Shown here in pieces: positions 1 through 11,122 of a DNA stretch of 32,000 nucleotides. Origin of the DNA: Wallemia ichthyophaga EXF-994. Taxonomy: Eukaryota; Fungi; Basidiomycota. Under the pieces are notes generated by a model. It was not told where the DNA came from, ran no database searches, and worked only from the letters and a program-made list of their open reading frames with translations. The stretch lies in contig NW_008806297.1 of NCBI RefSeq assembly GCF_000400465.1, positions 30,524-62,523 on the forward strand. The letters run 5' to 3'. A program made the translations under genes and the position numbers. Numbering within the stretch: position 1 is the stretch's first letter; every line of letters begins with the position of its first letter.

Positions 1-238
1 GGCAGGCGTCGCTATGCCGGGCATTGACCCTAACCAGTGGACACAGTACTTTGCAGCTCAACAGGCCGCAGCTGCAGCTCAATTGGGCCAGCAACAGGCA
101 CACCAACACACACCACCAGGCGGTGTTAACGTTAGCGCTAACCATGCTAACCCAAACAACCAAACTGGTCCTAGTCCTTACGCTGCTTACGCAATTCCAT
201 CAAATGCACCACCACAAAGTGATCAAATACCACAATAA
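1..238 (+). CDS. 3' end of a protein with a Q/N/P/A-rich low-complexity (prion-like) tail; 5'-partial
   Basis: Frame open from the window edge (AGVAMPGIDPNQWTQYFAAQQAAAAAQLGQQQ...) to TAA at 236-238, followed by AT-rich terminator-like sequence. No domain recognisable. Confidence 0.65.
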   Translation, partial: AGVAMPGIDPNQWTQYFAAQQAAAAAQLGQQQAHQHTPPGGVNVSANHANPNNQTGPSPYAAYAIPSNAPPQSDQIPQ

Positions 239-306
239 ACATAGAAGATGGTTTTTTAACATTATTTAATCAAAATGGACGATTTACACGTCTCCTTAGT
301 CTCTTT

Positions 307-340
307 TCCTCAATCTCATCTCCTCAATCTCATCTCAATC
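307..340. repeat. Short tandem duplication (tcctcaatctcatc x2 plus partial) in a convergent intergenic region
   Basis: Direct read of 307-320 and 321-334. Confidence 0.6.
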
Positions 341-676
341 ATGACAAATTTGCGAATAGTTTCTGTTTAGAAAGATTTCACCTAATTTTTCTCTCAAGTC
401 CTTATTCTCCTTATTCTCACTGACTCATAACTCACTCAATCACTCAATCTCAACTCGTTGCTTCTTCATTTTGACTAAATATTATAGGTTTATTGTTTTG
501 GGGTGTTGCTTTTGTCTAACTTTTCTGTTATTCATTTAATCACTTTATTTGAATTGAGACTATGTATGTATGCAAAAGTGTGAAAATAATAAGTTAGAGA
601 GATGGAGAGAGTATACAGTGCATTCAATGCACGGAACGTAACCAAGTCGTGAAAGAGAAAAGGAAGGAAATTCTAG

Positions 677-1862
677 TTAAAAAGTCGACCACGCCCAGGT
701 CAAAGATTTAGCGAGAGATTGACCCATACCATAGATAGGTTGCTCTTTAACCTTGATATCACCATCGATGATGACATTTTGATGATTTGATGATTTGATT
801 GGTATGTTTAAGCTGGAGGTGTAGGTGGAGTGGGAGGAGGTAATAGGAGGGGTGAAAGGGGCTAGTCTACCGGGTGCTTGTCTTGCGGAGGTGGAAGCGA
901 GGACGTAGTTATGGAGAGGTGGAGGTGGTTGTTGGGAGTGTGAGTGGGAGTTTGATTGTGAATTTGATTGTACCTGCACCTGTGACTCCCCTTGCCCATC
1001 ACACTTCTGCTCAGCCAAAACCATAGGGGGAACAAAGTAGGAGTTGTGTTGTAGTTGAAGTGAGGTCATACGATGATACTGTTGCTGATATTGCTGTTGA
1101 TAGTGCTTTCCAAGCGAACAACTCGGTGAAGAGAAAGATGATGAAGTAAAAGGGCTAATAGAAAGTTGAGGAGTTGTAGGATGCTGAAAATTTTCATTGT
1201 AAATGGATAAAGAGTTAGGTGATGAGGGCTGATAAAGATCTTGATGACAATCATCACACACTCTAACAGCGACCGTCTTCGATTTGTCTTGTCTTCTTGG
1301 TAAAATGTAATCGCAGCTGGTGGTATCAACCAAGTTTGCAGTTTGCGAAGAGTGTGGGTTGCAGAATACACCACCACACTTTCTACAATGATGACGACGC
1401 TCTAATAAGTTGAAAGTAGTTGAGCATGTCACCATATCACATTCCAACGAATCATTATCTGGCTATAAGAATCAAATCAATCTGATTGGTTCATTTGGAT
1501 TAATAAGGCAAACTAACCTTCCAAAGTGATTTTGGCAATAAACTCGGTGGTGGTGGTGGATTTGAGTATTCTGATGTACTCTGTGTCTCCCTTGGAATGA
1601 ATGATAACCAAGACTCGTGTGTATCGTATGTACCCTCAGTATCATCAGTATCCTCAGTATCCTGCCTATCTCCCAAAGTAAAACGCGGTAATTTGTCTAG
1701 TTTCAATGTGGTGTGTTTGTGAGTACGTGTGGGTGGGTGTGCGTGTGCGTGTGCGGGTACGTGTATCTGTGCATCTGCCTGCGTCGGCGTCTGCCTCACC
1801 CCATTCACCCTCAACAACTCGGATAAATTCGATTGTGATCTTGTTGGCTCTGTTTTATTCAT
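677..1862 (-). CDS. PIB2: FYVE zinc-finger protein, Pib2-like (exons 1862-1518, 1462-677; 376 aa)
   Basis: Splicing the 55-nt GTTAGT..TAG intron (1463-1517) creates the WKPD (WxxD) motif. RRHHCRKCG and RVCDDC FYVE motifs are present. The C-terminus ...WAWSTF* resembles the aromatic WS(S/T)F tail of Pib2 proteins. FYVE call is strong; PIB2 orthology is moderate. Confidence 0.8.
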
Positions 1863-2074
1863 TGTGATTTCTGTGATGATGGATGATGAGATTAGAAACG
1901 CCTTTGACAGCCAGTCATTCCTGTTCGCCGATTTATTTATTTTTATTTCTCATTTATTCTTGCATATTCTTGCAGCAGGCTATACGCTCTTCTCCCCCTT
2001 CTCATTAATCTCTACTCATCTCCGTTTCCCCCATCCCGAGCCCCATCTCCGCCTCTTGGTCCCGAACCACCATC

Positions 2075-3880
2075 ATGGCATCCCACAACAGCCCATCGCT
2101 ATTCATCATCCTCCCGCTAATATTGGTCTTCTCCACAATTACCTTTCTCTTTCTCATCTTCTCTCTCGCGCTCCTCATAGTCCGTATCAAGAAGCGCAAT
2201 CGCAGCACACGCAGTCCCGGCAACTTCCGCAGGCTCACTCGCATTACCCCTGATTCCTCGCAGCTATTTCTCCCTTTCAACGACGATCACCTCAATCTCC
2301 CCCCTATCGATCTCTCTGATATGGATTATGACGGCGGTTTAGCCGATTGGGCCGTCGACGAGCCAGGCGGTCAAACTGCCGCCATTGAGCGCTACTTCAA
2401 CTCGTTAGACCAAGCCCAGATGGCTGGTGTACAGAGAGCCCGTGACTTCCAAGCCACCCACCCGCCAACCAGTCTCCCCACCGCCATCACCCTATCTCAA
2501 TATCTCACCATCCAAGAGAAGGGTGTTGCAGCGTGGTCATTCGAGCCCGACTACGAATCGCTCCCTCCAATTCTCGTCCAAGCCCGCACCGAGCTCACTT
2601 TCCTGGCTGATGGCGAGGGTCTCCCACCCAGTGAAGGCGGTGCTTGCAGCGTACAGACCAATCTCCCTATCCCCCGTTCCAACGACGTGTACTACTTTGA
2701 AGCGAAGCTGTTCGAGATTTCGCCTGGCACCACTCTCGCGTTCGGTCTGTCTACCAAACCGTTCCCTTCGTTCAGGCTGCCCGGCACGTGCAAGTACTCT
2801 GTAGCTTATGACAGCAACGGGCAGGCGAGCTACAACTATCCCTTCACTGCCCACCCGATCGGCACGCCACTGCTCGAAGGCGACGTGCTCGGTGTCGGTT
2901 ACAAACCGCGCACTGGGACTGTCTTCTACACGCGTAACGGCAAGCGTCTCGACCCACCTCCGCTCGATGGTGCTTTCCATGCTTTCGGGAATGGCAGCGG
3001 TGGTAACCAACAACGCACTCCCTCTCACGCGCAAGCCAACTCAGAAGGAAGCAACGGCAACCCAACCAACTCCTCCCCACTCGACCTTTTCCCTACCGTA
3101 GGCAGCACGGGGGCGGCAGTCGTTCATGTCAATTTCGGCCAAGCTGGTTTCGTTTTTATAGAGGCTAACGTGAAGAAGTGGGGTCTGGCACCTATGTCGG
3201 GCACTCTCGCTCCACCACCCGCATACGGACACAACAACGGCTCGCTGCTGCTTGAGACGGCAGGCGGACGAGGCGGAGGTGATGAAGACGACACACAAAC
3301 ACACGATCCCTCCCGCCCTCTCACGTTCGATGAGCGCAGCCGTCTCGAGAGACGTGTCAACCAAGGTCTCAGGAGGGAGGCTGGAGGTGGTTCCCGTGCA
3401 GGTGCACAGGCGGATGAGAGCGGGAGTGAGATGGCTGGTGACGCCGGAGTCGGTACATCGACGGTCTCAAATGATCCACAGTCACACAATCTCACACTCT
3501 CGAATATCAGACACGCTCCATCGCATCACCATCACAAGGACAATCAAAGCGAGTCGCTCGATTACACAAACAACCCACCTACACCGAATAACCTCGACAT
3601 AAGTCTGACAGAGCTCGAGAGAAGACGCTCACAAGGCGCGGGTGCGTCGACGAGCAGACGAGAAGAGAGTGAAAGTGGAAATGAAAACGAGAATGAAATT
3701 GGTGAAGGTGATGGTGATGGTGAACGCACTCCAACGGCCAACACCGCCTCAGCAACCCATTCCACCCCTGCCACGCCTTGTGTTTCCTCGGAAGCACCCC
3801 CTCCACACTACGCACCGATCGACCCGCAGAAATATCCCGATGGAGTAAGTCTGGCTGATATTCCAGTAAGTACGAGCTGA
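2075..3880 (+). CDS. SSH4: Single-pass membrane SPRY/B30.2 protein, Ssh4/Ear1-like Rsp5 adaptor (601 aa, intronless)
   Basis: N-terminal hydrophobic helix followed by basic residues. SPRY core (SVQTNLPIP, YYFEAKLFE, RLPG, GDVLGVGYKPRTGTVFYTRNGKRL, LFPTVG, VHVNFGQAGFVFIEANVKKWGLAP). PPPAY and PPPHY PY motifs. Confidence 0.9.
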   Translation: MASHNSPSLFIILPLILVFSTITFLFLIFSLALLIVRIKKRNRSTRSPGNFRRLTRITPDSSQLFLPFNDDHLNLPPIDLSDMDYDGGLADWAVDEPGGQTAAIERYFNSLDQAQMAGVQRARDFQATHPPTSLPTAITLSQYLTIQEKGVAAWSFEPDYESLPPILVQARTELTFLADGEGLPPSEGGACSVQTNLPIPRSNDVYYFEAKLFEISPGTTLAFGLSTKPFPSFRLPGTCKYSVAYDSNGQASYNYPFTAHPIGTPLLEGDVLGVGYKPRTGTVFYTRNGKRLDPPPLDGAFHAFGNGSGGNQQRTPSHAQANSEGSNGNPTNSSPLDLFPTVGSTGAAVVHVNFGQAGFVFIEANVKKWGLAPMSGTLAPPPAYGHNNGSLLLETAGGRGGGDEDDTQTHDPSRPLTFDERSRLERRVNQGLRREAGGGSRAGAQADESGSEMAGDAGVGTSTVSNDPQSHNLTLSNIRHAPSHHHHKDNQSESLDYTNNPPTPNNLDISLTELERRRSQGAGASTSRREESESGNENENEIGEGDGDGERTPTANTASATHSTPATPCVSSEAPPPHYAPIDPQKYPDGVSLADIPVSTS

Positions 3881-4183
3881 GTGCGGTTGTGGATTGTAAT
3901 TGCTAACGACCCCACAGTCAGATGAATTGGTGAGGTTGATAGGGGAGTGAATTGACTGGTAATTGAAGCAGAGCAGTTATCTTAATGCAAATAGATGAGC
4001 ATTTCTTACATAATCCGTTTCACGACACGCCTAAGCCACGACAAACACCAGTAGCAGCAGCAGCACAAGACACAGCACACGCACAACTACACCTACACTT
4101 TCACCCATTCTTACACTACAGACACATATATTCTGTTGTACTAATTGATTGATAACACGTTCGTCTTGACGTTGACGGTGACC

Positions 4184-5773
4184 ATGCACAATCACAGCCA
4201 CAGTCAAGTGCCCAGCAGCAGCTCGGTGTTTGGGCTGCCAAACCAGCTCAACCAGCACAACCACGCCATACCTATCCCGGGCAGTGCCAGTAGCGGGGGA
4301 GGCTTTGCCCAGCGAGTATCCATGTCCCAGTCGCCGACGAGCAGCGTGAGTATGAGTGCGAGTGCGAGTGCGGAAGCGCAGCGGCGGCGCAATTCGCTGC
4401 ACTCGTCCCAGACGCCATCCACGCCGCCGGGAGGGTTACGAGGGGCTGATGTGGCCGATGTGCCGATGGACGATAGCGGGAGCGGGAGAGCGACACCATG
4501 GCAAATACTATCGCAAATACCAGCACACGCCCACACACACACACCCCTGCGCGTCCCCACACGGCCTGTCACGCGGCGACAGAACCTGCTTCCACAGTCC
4601 AAGAACTTTAGTCGAGTGCAGGACCAGCTGCGCGGGGAGAAGGCGCCACAGCAACACGAGGCGGCATCAGAGGCCAACGTGCAGCGCCTGCTCCTGTCGG
4701 CACCTTCCTCGCCGCTTTTGCCGCGCACGCCGCGCTCGAGACACAGCCATCACAGCCATGCAGGACGCACGCGCACGCACGGCCGCTTTCCCGAGAGCTG
4801 CCACGACGAGGATGAGGACCAAGAGGTGTGCAGCAGCAGCAGTGGCGAGGAGAGCGAGAGTGTGAGCGTGGGCGGGGGTATGCACGTCGGTACCGGTACC
4901 CTCGGTGCCCTCGGTGCTTCTGAAGACATGGACATGAATACCAACACCTGGGAACCGTGCGATAGCGGCACTGTTGCTCACTCCCACTCACACCTACACA
5001 TGCCCCCGCCTATGCCGCCGCGCGCACCACACAACACAAGTCTCAACGCGTGGCTCGAGTTTCGCGAGCCGAGCCACCCCGCGCGCGCGTCGCCGGGCGC
5101 GCGGCTGAGCCAGGGGAGTATCCACGATGTGGACTTGCCGATGAACGGGAGTGGGAGTGGGAGTGTGAGTGCGCATAGCAGCGGCAACGGCAACGGCAAC
5201 GCCAATATGAACGGCTCCCCAAGCTCATCCACCCAGCTCCACCTCACTGCCAACACGGGCAAAGCGGCGAAGCGGAAATTGACTGAAGGGGACAGATACG
5301 AACCGTATGCGTACAGCAGCATGAAGAGGCGAGCTGTTTCACCCAGTCTCTCAATAAGCCAAAGTCAAAGCCAGACACATACACATACACACACGCAAAT
5401 GCAAACGCCAACACCAATGCAGACACCAACACCAATACATTCACATTCCACTCCCACCTCATCTCAACATTCCACTCTCAAACACAGATCTAACTCCAAC
5501 ACATCACGCTCGGCCAGCCCTCAACTGAGTACGGTCGTAGCAGCCGCTAGCACACCCGGCAAGGGCAGCGGAATGGGGTATGGAACTACGGCTCTCGGCC
5601 TTGCTGCGAGCTCGGGCATCAAGTGGGGTCATGATTCAGTCGGTGGTGGCGTTGGCGTTAGCGCTCCCGTTGACGACTCGGCTCTTGAAACTGGCTCTAG
5701 CTACACCTCCGACGACGCCGTCAAAATCAGGAGTGAGGGTGTGGATGGTATTTCGAGAATGTCGCTGGGTTAG
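4184..5773 (+). CDS. Largely disordered Ser/His-rich hypothetical protein with short conserved-looking motifs
   Basis: Long intronless ORF; the first in-frame ATG is at 4184 (the track starts at TTG 4145). Motifs RRQNLLPQSKNFSRV, KRKL..DRYEPY..KRRAVSP and terminal DGISRMSL. Confidence 0.8.
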   Translation: MHNHSHSQVPSSSSVFGLPNQLNQHNHAIPIPGSASSGGGFAQRVSMSQSPTSSVSMSASASAEAQRRRNSLHSSQTPSTPPGGLRGADVADVPMDDSGSGRATPWQILSQIPAHAHTHTPLRVPTRPVTRRQNLLPQSKNFSRVQDQLRGEKAPQQHEAASEANVQRLLLSAPSSPLLPRTPRSRHSHHSHAGRTRTHGRFPESCHDEDEDQEVCSSSSGEESESVSVGGGMHVGTGTLGALGASEDMDMNTNTWEPCDSGTVAHSHSHLHMPPPMPPRAPHNTSLNAWLEFREPSHPARASPGARLSQGSIHDVDLPMNGSGSGSVSAHSSGNGNGNANMNGSPSSSTQLHLTANTGKAAKRKLTEGDRYEPYAYSSMKRRAVSPSLSISQSQSQTHTHTHTQMQTPTPMQTPTPIHSHSTPTSSQHSTLKHRSNSNTSRSASPQLSTVVAAASTPGKGSGMGYGTTALGLAASSGIKWGHDSVGGGVGVSAPVDDSALETGSSYTSDDAVKIRSEGVDGISRMSLG

Positions 5774-5953
5774 CATGTGTGGTGAGTGGGGAGAGTATAG
5801 CTCACTAGCTCATCCACCTTATCCACCTACTCTTTCTATTAAAATCACGCAAGATTAATGTATTATGTACTAATGTAATGTTTATCTTTCTCGATTGTCA
5901 TCGATTCTCGTTTCTGGTCTCTTGGTTTTTTTGGTTTCTCCATGCAAACTTAT

Positions 5954-8170
5954 TCAAGCACCATAAGCATGGGCATGCACATGGGCGATTTGTGGCGAGG
6001 CAGTGCCATTTCCGTGGCCGAGAGCGCCTACAGGGTTGACAGTACCACTTGTGGCACCATGAAAAGGCACATGTCCCCCACTATTAACCTGCTCCTGCAG
6101 TTCTTTCTGATGTTTCTGTTGCGCCAACCTCTGCTCCTGTGTGAGACCGCCTAGAATGACAGCCTCGTCGAGTGATTTGAGAGCGTCGCTTTCACGTAAC
6201 GCACTAAGATCACCCCTGTTATTCTTGAGCATTTCCTCGTAATGTATCTTTTCAATCTCGCCATCAGTGATAACGTCCGTAATCCACTCATGTTCGAGTA
6301 GATCCCTCGGCCTGACGCGCGTTTCGGGATTAAGATCCAACATGGGTACCAAGAACGACGTCAACACATTAGCTTCTTCCGCACTCATCAGATACTTCTC
6401 CCGTAATACCCTGTCTAGCGGCCAATAACGCAGTTTGTGGATTCTCCTAAGCTCGGCTCTCCTGTTGAAAAGATCTAATGAATACTTACCATTGATGAGC
6501 TCTTTAGGCATGTTGCCTAGCAGCTCCATCACTTGCGCCATGTGGTCGTCATCTTTCCCGTACTTGGTCCCCGATTGCGGATCGAAAAGATAATCACCCG
6601 TTATCAACTCAAATATCATACACGCTGTAGACCACAGATCCGCACTGGGACCCCATTGACCACCCAGTATCACCTCGGGACATCTATACTGACGCGTCTG
6701 GATATCATTTGTAAAGTGGTGGTCTATCCAGCAAGCATTACCCAGATCGGCTATCTTGCATGCGAGCCGTTCAAGACTCTCAGGGTCATATGGAGCAGTT
6801 GGTATATTATCGTGCATGTCTTCGTTAGGTGAGTGTGAGTAGTGAGGTGCGTGTGATGGACGTGGATATTGGGGGAGTGAGGTAGAGAAAGGAGAATCAG
6901 CGGATATCTTTGTAGGTTCACCCGGTTGAGGATTCTGATTAGTGACGACGGTAGATGATGTACTCGATGTGCTTGGTTGTTGGGGCGCTTGTTGTGATAA
7001 TAAGGATGGACCCTGTGCTTTTGGAGCTTTTGCTGTTGTTTTCTCACCGAAATAACTGTCGCCAGGCTGACTGAGGGGCGAGCTGGGTTTGTCGCTTGCG
7101 AGTTTAACGCCCTTTAAATCCTTACCAATCATTTCAGCGCTATTTTCAAAACCTGTGCTAACTTGGGTAGATCTGAAACTGTTGGGTGACTGACCTATAC
7201 CAGGAACACCCGAGATCTTGGACATACCGAAACTCCATTTATCCATCATAGGACTACCTGCCATTGAAGAGGAGGGAGAGGGCAGAGGTTGAGATCCAGT
7301 GATGAAGATACCTTCTCTTCTAGGAGTTTGAGCACCGCCTCTGCCTTGCGAAGGTGGAACACCGACTAATTTAGTCGGTACAGCTTGAACACTGTTATCC
7401 AACTCAGCTTTAACAACGACTTCAACGTCATCGATGCATATAAGAACATTCTCAGGCTTGATATCTGTGTGAATGATACCACACTTGTTGTGCATGTAGT
7501 CTAAACTGAGAAGGATTTGTTTAGCGACCTGTTTAACGATTTGAATGGGAACACCGCGATGTTGATAGCGTTTGATGAGACCGAGGAGGTTCTCGCCCAG
7601 GACTTCAAAAACCATACAAACGTGTGAGCCATTTGGACCTCTATGACGGAAATGGTCAAGGAGAAGAACGGAATGCCTGCGACCAGGATGACGGGGTTCA
7701 GACGAGACTAAACGTTGCAGAAGTTTGATTTCATCAAGAGCTGTTTCTGTGTAGTGTGGAGCTGATTTGACTATTTTCAGTGCGACGTGTTTGTTAGTTT
7801 TGTGATCTTTAGCGAGCCAGACCTGATGGGAGTGGGATTAGCCAGGCAGAAGCTTTAGATTTCTACCAACCAATGAAAAGTGTCCCCAGCCCAATTTACG
7901 GACGATGGTGTATCTGCCATCAGCGAAAGTGTCACCGACTGCGAGTGAACAAGAGTGAGTTTTATACGCTGTAAATTGATTAATACACCCACTCATAGTA
8001 TGATGATATCCCCCTTTACAATAATCATCCAAGTCTTCTTCCTCTATAATCAAGTTAGATTGCTGTCAGGGGAATCCATTGGACAGTCACAAACCCTCAG
8101 AATTAACCGAGTCTGATTCGAATGACTCGTAACTGCCAGCCAATGATGCGTTGTTGTTTGATTTACTCAT
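5954..8170 (-). CDS. SKY1: SR-protein kinase (SRPK/Sky1/Dsk1 family); exons 8170-8095, 8043-7993, 7938-7871, 7822-5954
   Basis: Spliced N-lobe [72 protein letters not shown]; SRPK spacer insert; KIADLGNACW, DIQTRQYRCPEV. Confidence 0.97.
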
Positions 8171-8242
8171 CGAGATTGAGCTGCGTGTAGGCCACGTTAG
8201 ATTGTATATGGTTATTTAATATTCATCATACGGGATTGCAGT

Positions 8243-8293
8243 GTTATTGGAATTATTGGGATTACTGGGATTACTATAATTATTGTAATTACT
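8243..8293. repeat. Degenerate 9-nt tandem repeat (attattggg / attactggg / attactata / attattgta) upstream of SKY1
   Basis: About five units with 9-nt period read directly. Confidence 0.6.
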
Positions 8294-8536
8294 CATTCTC
8301 GTCGTTGTCGTTGGAGTCCAAGGGGTGTTTTATCATTATCTTGGTTTATTTAACTCAATTTGTTTATCTAATAAAGGGTTCTGACGTATATCACGCTCCC
8401 ACACTCTCACTCTCCCAGCCACCCCATTCTTCCCTCTGATTGGCTGATCCCTTTCCCTTATCTAATCGCATCTGATTGGTGGGCTGAAAACACTATTTAT
8501 TCAATTTACTCAATTTACTTAATTAATCCCCTCTTC

Positions 8537-10113
8537 TTAATTCTCTTGCACGTAGTTCCCAGGGAACACTCCCTCGCTTCCTCCCATTCTTCCTGTCCAC
8601 CTGTACCTTGTCAGGAACACACTTCAGAATCCACTTGCAGCACTCACCAGTCATTAGTCGATTCCGTACGCTGAATCACCTCTATCTGATCCCCTGCTCT
8701 GAATCCAAGATCCCCTTCTGCCTATTTATACTTGTAAATGACTCAACCTACTAATCAATCTACTCACCTGTGGCTCAAAGTCATACAACGCTGTAACGAT
8801 ACTCCCTTTAGGTTTTGGTTTCATTGGTGGTGGTGGTGGTGGTCTCTTGGAAGCTGAACTAGGTGATGCATCGTACGCAGGTGGTGCTGAGCTGAACCCT
8901 GATCCTGACCTGCCCAAACCTGCTGCTCCACCTGGTGACTTGACGTCACTAGAGCTACCCATATCATACTCATCACCCTCCTCAACTCCAACTCCACCGC
9001 CTCCTTCACCTCCCGCTGCCGTCTTTGACTTGTTGCGTCTGATTTGTGCGCCAAATTTACCCGTAGACAGCGCTGTAAGTCGTTTAGTCAACTCTTCCAC
9101 CTGCACATTAGCTCCCTGGTCATTGGCCATATATGCAGATTCAGCATCACCGTAGTTAAGGTCATACTTATCGCTAGCGAATGCCTGTACCTTATCGAGA
9201 ATGAGGTAGTAGATATTCAGCTGCATGTAGTAGAACGAGTGGAATAGCGGTGTGATGAATTTCTGCGCCATCACATACAACTGTGGCAATTCCGTCTTGG
9301 TGAGGTTGTTATAGTGCTCATATTCAGCCTGTGCATTCTCAAACTCATTCTCCAGCTTGAAAAGATTCTTCTCGTCGCTCATCGTCTTATCCTTCTTTTC
9401 GCGCAGCTTGGAGAGTGAGTTGTTGAAGCGGTCGTAGTCGACGAGCTGTTTGGGTGTTTGAGTTATCAAAAATCCTACAACACTCCAAGCCCACCTTGTG
9501 ATTACGCTTCACTATCGTCTTGCGCACACGCTGCAACAACTCCTTGAACTCCTTGGCTGGGGTCATCACCCTACCCTCAATCAGATCCAATTCAGGTGCG
9601 AGCGTGTCCTTCAACTCTGCCATCAGTACTTGATACATGGTGATGTTGTTTAGTGTCAATTCCGACGCTGGATTTTTCTTGTCGAGACCAACATCATTTG
9701 AGCCACTGAATTCGGTGTGAGCGGGATGTAATATACTCGCACAAACTCACATTGGTTGAAATATTGTTTCAAAGGCTTTACCGAAATCGGCACCTGATTT
9801 CAGCAGACCTGCGAATGATGTGAGCATTGAGTGGTGTGATTCAACTGCCAAGACGCAGACGCAGACGCACCTTGAACAGAATCTCTAAACAGCCTTGAAT
9901 CCTTCACCAGCCTATCAGCACCTTGCTCTATAATTTGCATTCTACGTTCATGTTCGTCGAATGCGGCGTCTGTTGTTGTAGACGCTCTGCCAATTTTAGA
10001 GGACATTTGGTGCGGGGCACGCTTAATTGATTTTATCATTCCTTTGTGGATATTAGAGGGCTGTCTGGCGTACTCGACGTATTCCTCAGTCTACACAGCT
10101 ACTCACCCTTCAT
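8537..10113 (-). CDS. RVS167: Amphiphysin N-BAR + SH3 protein, Rvs167/Hob1-like (7-nt first exon ATGAAGG, 6 introns)
   Basis: Spliced N-terminus MKGMIKSIKRAPHQMSSKIG (amphipathic helix 0). BAR motif KRNHKLVDYDRFNNSLSKL. PPPPP linker. SH3 VTALYDFEPQAEGDLGFRAGDQIEVIQRT..NDWWTGR...GVFPGNYV*, with stop at 8537-8539. Confidence 0.93.
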
Positions 10114-10161
10114 GATGTGATGATGATGGTGATGATGATCGTTATGGTATAAGCATCGAAA

Positions 10162-10806
10162 CTACAATTCATCGTGTTGATTGGTTTGTTGAAATGGTTT
10201 AAACAGTACGCTAGCTATTGTGATTCCTCTGTTGTATATGCGTCTCTTTAAAACGTATAAAACGCAGAACACGAAGAATAGAATGGATATTACGATCAGC
10301 AGCTTATCAAGTATATTACCCCTTTCAAGCTGCCTTAATATCTGCTTCGATGTATTCAACAATACATTGAAATCCATGTACTGATTCCTTGTAGTACTCA
10401 TCAGACCACTGCTATCCTCCCAGATCTGATGATTGAGTATTGATTGATCCAAATTAGATTTCAACATGTTTGTAGTCTTCACGAGGCTCTGCGTAAGCTC
10501 AGAATCATCCTTGTTCCTCTCGTCCTTGTCATCTATCAGCTCATTTCGCCCTCCACTCCCATCTATTCTACGCTTGGTTGATAGAGATACGCTCCTGAAT
10601 TTGCTCCGAATCAGATTGTATCTCTCCTCTAATGTTCTATCCCCGCCTTGGAAGACGTTCTCGTCAATCATCTCCTTCACTCTACCCAATTCATCTCTTA
10701 TACTGTTAAATAGCTCGTTGAAATCCCTGTAATTTGATTGGCTGGATAGTCTCTTCAATTCCTCCACATCTAAGTCATCTAATTTCTCTTTTATCTCAAC
10801 TTGCAT
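10162..10806 (-). CDS. SEC20: Sec20 ER SNARE (214 aa)
   Basis: Sec20-like SNARE helix (ELTQSL..TTNMLKSNLDQSILN..LLNTSKQILRQLER..DKLLI), transmembrane segment ending KRR, and C-terminal HDEL as in yeast Sec20. Confidence 0.88.
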   Translation of the reverse strand: MQVEIKEKLDDLDVEELKRLSSQSNYRDFNELFNSIRDELGRVKEMIDENVFQGGDRTLEERYNLIRSKFRSVSLSTKRRIDGSGGRNELIDDKDERNKDDSELTQSLVKTTNMLKSNLDQSILNHQIWEDSSGLMSTTRNQYMDFNVLLNTSKQILRQLERGNILDKLLIVISILFFVFCVLYVLKRRIYNRGITIASVLFKPFQQTNQHDEL

Positions 10807-11122
10807 TGTAGATGATGACGTTATTGAGTAAAGAAATTATGACTAAATTGAGATGCGTGAACTTGATATATTGACCTGTAAGTAGGAAGGAATGTTAAAG
10901 CGCGGTTTAAGGTGTATGATTATGTGCTTAAATTGACATAAACGTAACCTGAAAATCTTCACCGCACTTTACCAAATAGCTGGATATCCTTTGTGTTATC
11001 CAAGTCCTCTGTTTGAGCTGAGTAGGAGTTTGATAGTTTATTCTGCGTGTTCACCTGTCCACATGCTGACTACATCACATGTATCAAGCCACACAAGACC
11101 AAACACTTTCACCAATACAACG

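Noticed and set aside
2005-5462. Many overlapping or antisense ORFs (e.g. 2537-3034, 3124-3495, 4204-4728, 4356-4865)
   Set aside because: Shadows of GC-rich, repetitive sense CDSs; no independent motifs or splice support.
8243-8293. 9-nt periodic repeat as a possible CRISPR-like or regulatory array
   Set aside because: No spacers, eukaryotic context, simple degenerate minisatellite.
8439-8479. Two CCAAT boxes (ATTGG on +) 270-310 nt upstream of SKY1
   Set aside because: A 5-mer is too common to support without ChIP or conservation data.
677-10806. Apparent membrane-trafficking cluster (FYVE, Ssh4, Rvs167, Sec20)
   Set aside because: Trafficking genes are numerous, act in different pathways and are interrupted by unrelated genes; chance is sufficient without synteny data.
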